From the NCBI GenBank assembly GCA_964589775.1, contig CAZPUN010000056.1, positions 17,533-49,532 of the forward strand: a DNA stretch of 32,000 bases, in the 5' to 3' direction. The translations under genes were made by a program, and so were the position numbers. The notes beneath the pieces are model-generated. The model did not search any database. It was not told the origin of the DNA and saw only the letters and a program-made list of their open reading frames with translations. Of this stretch, positions 26,982-32,000 are shown one piece after another (the stretch's first letter is position 1; the number at the start of each line of letters is the position of its first letter). Source of the DNA: an uncultured archaeon. GTDB lineage: Archaea; Asgardarchaeota; Thorarchaeia; Thorarchaeales; CAZPUN01.

Positions 26982-28535
26982 TTATTTTTCATCAACTATT
27001 TCGGGCACGTTTTTAATGTCCAAGTCGGGAATTACAGTTGGGAAAGCGATGACTTCCTTCAGTGAGATTTCGTCTGCGAGAACCATTGCTACTCGTTCGA
27101 TTCCGTATCCGAGTCCTCCAGTGGGCGGCATGCCGTATTCGAGCGAACGTATGAAATCTTTGTCCATTGGCATGTATTCGAGTTCTTCTTTACCCTTAAC
27201 TTTCGATAATTTCTTACGTAGTTCTTCTTCTTCCTTAAACCGCTTATACTGTTCGATTGGGTCGTTCAACTCGGTATAAGCATTACAGAATTCCATACCT
27301 GCGAGGAATCCTTCGAATCGCTCTACGAACCCGGGCAGGTCCGGAGACTCTTTTGCAAGTGGAGTTATATCTTTTGGATAATGTGTGATGAAAGTAGGCT
27401 GGACGATATGAGGCAATACAAATTTATCGAATAGCTCTTCGAGGATCTTTCCCTTACGTTCTTCATCAATTCCGTTTTCCAAAGCAACTTTTCGTAATTC
27501 TTCATCTGATAGAGACAACACGTCGATTCCGGAATACTCCTTAATCGCATCGACCATTCGTATGCGTTTCCAAGGAGGTCTGAAGTTAATTTCCTTACCT
27601 TGATATGTGATCGTATCCTTACCAAAGATCTCCTTGACCATTTCATAGGTCATATTCTCAGTAAGTTCCATAATATCATTAAAGTCTGCATACGCCCAGT
27701 ATAGTTCAATTTGAGTGAATTCCGGATTATGAGTGGCATCAACATCCTCGTTTCTAAAACATTTCGAGAACTCAAATACGCGTTCGATACCACCAACAAT
27801 TAATCGTTTCAAATATAGTTCGGGTGAAATTCTCAGATACATATCGATGTCCAAATAGTGGTGATGTGTTTTGAATGGTCTTGCAAATGCTCCGCCGTAT
27901 ATGGGCTGCAAAGTTGGAGTAATAACCTCAAGGAATTTTCGCTCCACGAGAAATCTCTTTGCTACTTCCAGCATCTTTCCAACTATATACATATTCATGC
28001 GAGCCTTGGGATTCATAATAAAGTCGAGATAACGTTGCTTGTATCGCTTCTCAATATCCTTTAACCCGAACCATTCACTGGGCAATGGCCTTAAATTCTT
28101 AGCTAAGACATAAAATTCCTCAACCCAGATGGATAGTTCGCCCTTATGAGTTCGAAATATATGACCTTTGACTCCCAAGATATCGCCTACGTTTACTCGC
28201 TTTTTGTAAATCTTGTACAAATCTGGACCTAACGTATCATGCTTGAAATATAGCTGGATCTTGCCAGAAACATCCTCAATGTGTGCGAAACCAGCCTTTC
28301 CATGCACACGTTTGGACCTGACTCTTCCCGCTACTGAAACTTTCTTATCTTCTAAATTTTCTCCAGTTTCAAGATATTCGTATTCCTTAATCACAAGCTC
28401 AATATCGGTTTTCTCAAACTTTCTAATTTTAAAGGGGTCCATGCCCTTTTCTTGCAGGTCCCTGAGCTCTCTATATCTGTCCTTTATGACAACAGTCTCT
28501 GGGGGACCAGTCCGGTTCTGCTGTGTGGGAGTCAT
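26982..28535 (-). CDS. lysS: Lysine--tRNA ligase, class II
   Basis: OB-fold (VAGRVRSKRVHGKAGF), QRYLDF, YGGAFARPFKTHH, YLRISPELYLKRL, motif 2 FRNED...HNPEFT, NAYTELNDP and motif 3 YGMPPTGGLGYGIERVAM. Confidence 0.98.
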   Translation of the reverse strand: MTPTQQNRTGPPETVVIKDRYRELRDLQEKGMDPFKIRKFEKTDIELVIKEYEYLETGENLEDKKVSVAGRVRSKRVHGKAGFAHIEDVSGKIQLYFKHDTLGPDLYKIYKKRVNVGDILGVKGHIFRTHKGELSIWVEEFYVLAKNLRPLPSEWFGLKDIEKRYKQRYLDFIMNPKARMNMYIVGKMLEVAKRFLVERKFLEVITPTLQPIYGGAFARPFKTHHHYLDIDMYLRISPELYLKRLIVGGIERVFEFSKCFRNEDVDATHNPEFTQIELYWAYADFNDIMELTENMTYEMVKEIFGKDTITYQGKEINFRPPWKRIRMVDAIKEYSGIDVLSLSDEELRKVALENGIDEERKGKILEELFDKFVLPHIVQPTFITHYPKDITPLAKESPDLPGFVERFEGFLAGMEFCNAYTELNDPIEQYKRFKEEEELRKKLSKVKGKEELEYMPMDKDFIRSLEYGMPPTGGLGYGIERVAMVLADEISLKEVIAFPTVIPDLDIKNVPEIVDEK

Positions 28536-28556
28536 GATTGGGACTATTCATTTCTC

Positions 28557-28573
28557 AAATATTAAGCTTTTCG
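28557..28573 (-). promoter_or_regulatory. BRE + TATA box of lysS (near-leaderless transcript)
   Basis: Minus strand CGAAAAG-CTTAATAT lies about 24-30 nt upstream of the lysS ATG. Confidence 0.55.
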
Positions 28574-28656
28574 AATAAGCCGTAGAGTATTTGTAATGTG
28601 AATGTATGATGTTTAATAATTCAATTAAAAAAATGAGCAAAAGATCGAAATTGTTC

Positions 28657-29760
28657 CTAATGTGGAGCGATTTCGAATACGTATTTGAAAACATTGTTCA
28701 CTACTGAATTGATTTGAGTGTCTTGAACCTCGTTCAGTTCATTTTCCTTGTAAGACTTCAAGAATGAGTCTACAAATGAATTAAATGAATCACGTATTGT
28801 AAATGTGGATCTATTCGTAATTAACACGAACATAAGGTCGTTTACGATCTTTATCAACATTACGCGATCTTTGAGATGTACTTCATTTATCTGAATCATT
28901 TTACCAAAAATCGTAGAGAGAAATGAATGAATTGAAGACAATCCAGCAGCCGCTAAAATTGAGGCGGTTGTAGATTCTTCAGTATCATATTTTGGAAATG
29001 AATATGAATAGATAGGCTCTCCAGCTAGTGTTGCTACAATTAATTTTCGGGGCTGTGAAGATGTCCCGAATAAAATATAGGGGTTCTTGATTACGGCTAA
29101 TGCGTCAATTGTAAGGGAAAAGCCAGTAATAACATAAGTTGCAAAGCCTTTTGTAATGTATAGGACCGGCGATTTGGTAATAATAAGAGCAATATAATTT
29201 CCGACCATAGCAACTGGAGAGATGACTAATCCGGTAAATGCAGCAATGAATAGAAGCTTAGACGCAATATCAGCTTTAGAGCCTTTTGCAGTTTTCATAA
29301 CGTCCCAAACTGCTGGAAGATACCACACACCGGCAAGAATAGCAAGCAGATATTGGACAATTAAAATACGAAAATCGACACCAACTGCTAAAGCATCACC
29401 ATTACTTAAAACCATAATTGTACTTTGACCGACCATAATTTCAGCAAATATTCCAACGATCCATAATGTAGGAAATATGAACATGGTACGTCTGCGAATA
29501 GTTTCAAAACGTAGCGCATCTGCAAACATTGCTAAGAACATTAATCCAGTAATAGCGAAAATATAACCCATACGATAGTAAAGGTCTTGTGCCATAATAT
29601 TGCCCTGAAACGCAAAGAAAGCCCATAGTCCAAAACTTAAAGTTGCCAGAAATATTGGCATAGAAGGCAAAATCTTTCGCTTCCAGCCAGCATACCCAAT
29701 TATGGCAGCTGTTATCAATTCCATTATTGCAGAGATAAATTGAAACAAAGCAATCAACAT
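28657..29760 (-). CDS. 7TM membrane protein fused to a C-terminal longin-like domain
   Basis: Seven hydrophobic helices with a beta-hairpin-like loop after TM4. The C-terminal IVATLAGEPIYSYSF...LAAAGLSSIHSFL...INEVHLKDRVMLI...FVLIT...FVDSF follows the longin beta-beta-alpha-beta-beta-beta-alpha pattern. Start moved to ATG 29760. Confidence 0.75.
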   Translation of the reverse strand: MLIALFQFISAIMELITAAIIGYAGWKRKILPSMPIFLATLSFGLWAFFAFQGNIMAQDLYYRMGYIFAITGLMFLAMFADALRFETIRRRTMFIFPTLWIVGIFAEIMVGQSTIMVLSNGDALAVGVDFRILIVQYLLAILAGVWYLPAVWDVMKTAKGSKADIASKLLFIAAFTGLVISPVAMVGNYIALIITKSPVLYITKGFATYVITGFSLTIDALAVIKNPYILFGTSSQPRKLIVATLAGEPIYSYSFPKYDTEESTTASILAAAGLSSIHSFLSTIFGKMIQINEVHLKDRVMLIKIVNDLMFVLITNRSTFTIRDSFNSFVDSFLKSYKENELNEVQDTQINSVVNNVFKYVFEIAPH

Positions 29761-29761
29761 T

Positions 29762-30832
29762 TTAGGCTTCCTCCTGTGTTGCAATTGCAAAACTAAACAT
29801 CTTTTTAATTAAAACATCACCTATTTTCTCTGTAGTACTTCGATCATTTTTGACAAACGCTGAAAATGTCTCTGTGAAATGCTCTAGTGCTAATCTCAAT
29901 GACTGGGTTGCCCTCTTCGTAAAGAGTGCATAAATAATATTCTCTTTTGCAGTCGCCAGCATAATTCTATCTGAAAATACAACATCTTCCAAGTCACTTG
30001 TAGATTCTAAAATTTCATAGACCATGGTTGCAAGTCCTCGTAGCCCACGGGAAATCATCGAATAATCAACATCAGATTCTTTTTCAAAGGAGTAGGCATA
30101 CAATAATTCGCCATCTTTATCTATTACTAGTAATTCATCGGGTTTAGCAGAAATTATAAACGCTAAAGTATCGTCATTGTAAAATACAAAGAATAGAATT
30201 AAACCTCCGATTCCGATAACTAGCAGAGAAGGCCCATTCAGATAGTAGAAATAATCAAAGTTCAACGGAGCAAAAAGCATTACTATAAAATCATTAATTA
30301 TGAATGAAAGGAAGAATCCAAGTTCTAAAAGATAATATGAAATGCTTCGGATTTTTTCCTTCTTTTGTATCGAGTAAATAATGTAAATAAAACTAATTAT
30401 AACAATAGAGGACAATAAGCCCGTAGATCCTTCGATACGAACATCAACTGAATATAATATGAAATCATCACCAATTAATTTGCCGAACGATGTATGTGGA
30501 AGTACAATTCCCGAAATAGTTACTGCAAGCAGCAATGAATATAGCAACACATATTCCAATTTTGTATCTTCTTTTCGATAATATTCTGAAAACATAGCTG
30601 CAAATACTAAGCCGATTCCCGAAAAGAAATATCCAATTTCATATAATAAAGTACTTTGCATTAAATTTCCCAATGCTGAAAACAGAGCCCACAATGCTAA
30701 AAGCGCAAATGAGCTTCCCAATAAATAAAAGACATAGGCTTTATTTTTGATACCAAGACTAATAATTCCAAATGATGCCCCAAATAATAAAACAGTGGAA
30801 ATTATCTGAATCGGAAATAGACTTCCTGTCAT
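29762..30832 (-). CDS. 7TM membrane protein fused to a C-terminal longin-like domain (paralog)
   Basis: Seven TM segments, then LLVIDKDGELLYAYSF...MISRGLRGLATMV...LEDVVFSDRIML...YALFT...LEHFTETF. Confidence 0.75.
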   Translation of the reverse strand: MTGSLFPIQIISTVLLFGASFGIISLGIKNKAYVFYLLGSSFALLALWALFSALGNLMQSTLLYEIGYFFSGIGLVFAAMFSEYYRKEDTKLEYVLLYSLLLAVTISGIVLPHTSFGKLIGDDFILYSVDVRIEGSTGLLSSIVIISFIYIIYSIQKKEKIRSISYYLLELGFFLSFIINDFIVMLFAPLNFDYFYYLNGPSLLVIGIGGLILFFVFYNDDTLAFIISAKPDELLVIDKDGELLYAYSFEKESDVDYSMISRGLRGLATMVYEILESTSDLEDVVFSDRIMLATAKENIIYALFTKRATQSLRLALEHFTETFSAFVKNDRSTTEKIGDVLIKKMFSFAIATQEEA

Positions 30833-31029
30833 ATTATTTCACAATCCTCTAATTAATGATTCCCGAATTTTTTTGACCTGCTTTTTGTTATTGTATAAAA
30901 TAAATTTGGTTTTGCCTTTTAAAAATTTGCAATTTAAGTCCAAAAATATAACAGGACAAACACAACAGTTCGACATAATAAATGTTAAAAGACAAAAAAA
31001 TCTACTAGATATATCTAGAGGAATTATCA

Positions 31030-31464
31030 ATGATAGACAATAATACATTCTTCATACAAAACCTTGACATACACATGGAGGAAGTATTTGATATCTTAAA
31101 AAATGTCATCGTCTATGAACGATATCTTCCCAGCTTTGATGATTTCAAAGATCTGTTGTACAACGCAGTCATTTGGAATGGGCAGGATTTTGAAGGCTTT
31201 AAGGAAATAATTGAAAAACTTGAAATTAAAATGGTATATTCCATATCATTGACTGGTTCACAACTGGGTATAACAATTCCGGGTCATGAAGATAGTGTCG
31301 GAATATTCGCCATCTACTTTGAATTTAACGACCTAGTCCATATTTATCTCAGATTTTCTGATTGGGCTTTTGAATTCTCTGAGGAAATATTCGGAAAAGA
31401 CGAGATCCGCGATATTTTTGATGAAGAAGACCTGATGGACATGCCAGATGATGATTTCATCTAA
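31030..31464 (+). CDS. Hypothetical acidic protein
   Basis: 144-aa ORF with a GAGGA RBS and an acidic tail. No motif recognised. Confidence 0.6.
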   Translation: MIDNNTFFIQNLDIHMEEVFDILKNVIVYERYLPSFDDFKDLLYNAVIWNGQDFEGFKEIIEKLEIKMVYSISLTGSQLGITIPGHEDSVGIFAIYFEFNDLVHIYLRFSDWAFEFSEEIFGKDEIRDIFDEEDLMDMPDDDFI

Positions 31465-31636
31465 GTCCTATCCTTAATATTTTTACGGTTCATTAAGTCA
31501 AATTAATTTTTAGTGCTCAACGGAAAAAATATTATAATTCGACTGTCTGGGAATAAACTTTTTCACTAAGATTGACTCCATAATTTTAAATTTAAAAAAT
31601 TATTCTATATAATAGAAAAATCTTCAGAAATATATG

Positions 31637-31653
31637 AAAATCTTTATATTAAT
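31637..31653 (+). promoter_or_regulatory. BRE + TATA box candidate
   Basis: gaaaat-ctttatatt about 35-40 nt upstream of ATG 31684. Confidence 0.45.
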
Positions 31654-31683
31654 TCAAAAATAATTTAACTTGGGGAATATCTC

Positions 31684-32000
31684 ATGACAATTACCGATAA
31701 GGATTCAAATTACCATCATGAAGACAAAAAACAATACGATAAGAAAAAAATATTACAAGATGTGATAGAACTCATAAAGTCAGACCCCGACTTACGCCTG
31801 GAATTAAAAGAAGCATTACTACACGATGACCTAACCAGATTCGATCAAATTATGTTAGAAATTAAAAAACTAAGAGAAGATTTCCAAAAACAAACAGAAC
31901 AAAGCAATAAAAAATTAGAAACATTCGAAAAGCGTATGGAGGAAATGCGAGAAGACTTCAATAAGCAATTCGAAGCTTTTTCACAACGATTAGATAACTT
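31684..32000 (+). CDS. Partial coiled-coil protein, possibly DUF3782/PaREP-like (truncated by window end)
   Basis: My translation is MTITDKDSNYHHEDKKQYDKKKILQDVIELIKSDPDLRLELKEALLHDDLTRFDQIMLEIKKLREDFQKQTEQSNKKLETFEKRMEEMREDFNKQFEAFSQRLDN. There is no stop before 32000, and GGGGA precedes the ATG. Confidence 0.75.
   Translation, partial: MTITDKDSNYHHEDKKQYDKKKILQDVIELIKSDPDLRLELKEALLHDDLTRFDQIMLEIKKLREDFQKQTEQSNKKLETFEKRMEEMREDFNKQFEAFSQRLDN

Noticed and set aside
1942-29428. The many short antisense or alternate-frame ORFs in the track (for example 8118..8669, 20472..20933, 28213..28578)
   Set aside because: They lie within or largely overlap well-supported genes and have no recognisable motifs, so they are shadow ORFs.
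28657-30832. 7TM proteins as microbial rhodopsins
   Set aside because: No retinal-binding DxxxK/SxxxK motif is shared in TM7 of both paralogs. The Lys in YITKG of one copy is Asn in the other.
1-32000. Provirus, integrase, tRNA, rRNA or recoded (Sec/Pyl) genes
   Set aside because: No hallmark genes, cloverleaf patterns or in-frame read-through candidates were seen by eye.

Overview
AT-rich, gene-dense archaeal DNA. Supporting signals are BRE/TATA promoters, GGTG/GAGG ribosome-binding sites, TTG starts and oligo-T terminators. It is most probably from an Asgard archaeon, inferred mainly from two tandem 7TM-receptor/longin-domain fusion genes. Housekeeping and metabolic genes include an MFS transporter, an M28 peptidase/glutaminyl-cyclase-like protein, an M29 aminopeptidase, a surface glycoside-hydrolase-like protein, an HDAC/AcuC deacetylase, three ArsB/NhaD (IT-superfamily) transporters, a HAD hydrolase, a cyclase/kynurenine formamidase, an ArsR-like regulator and a class II lysS. 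These are interleaved with an accessory set. The most notable accessory genes are two paralogous ~1000-1150 aa proteins, each with TWO tandem STAND-like P-loop domains between a variable helical N-terminus and C-terminal helical repeats (NLR/Avs-like layout). A 14-repeat WD40 protein and a BsaWI-like type II R-M pair lie between the two paralogs, and a TPR protein lies near one of them. An intergenic 50-nt degenerate IS200/IS605-type miniature element (PATE-like) lies at 26872-26921. A coiled-coil ORF missing from the supplied track runs off the right edge. No rRNA, tRNA or CRISPR array was seen. All calls come from reading motifs by eye; no searches were run.
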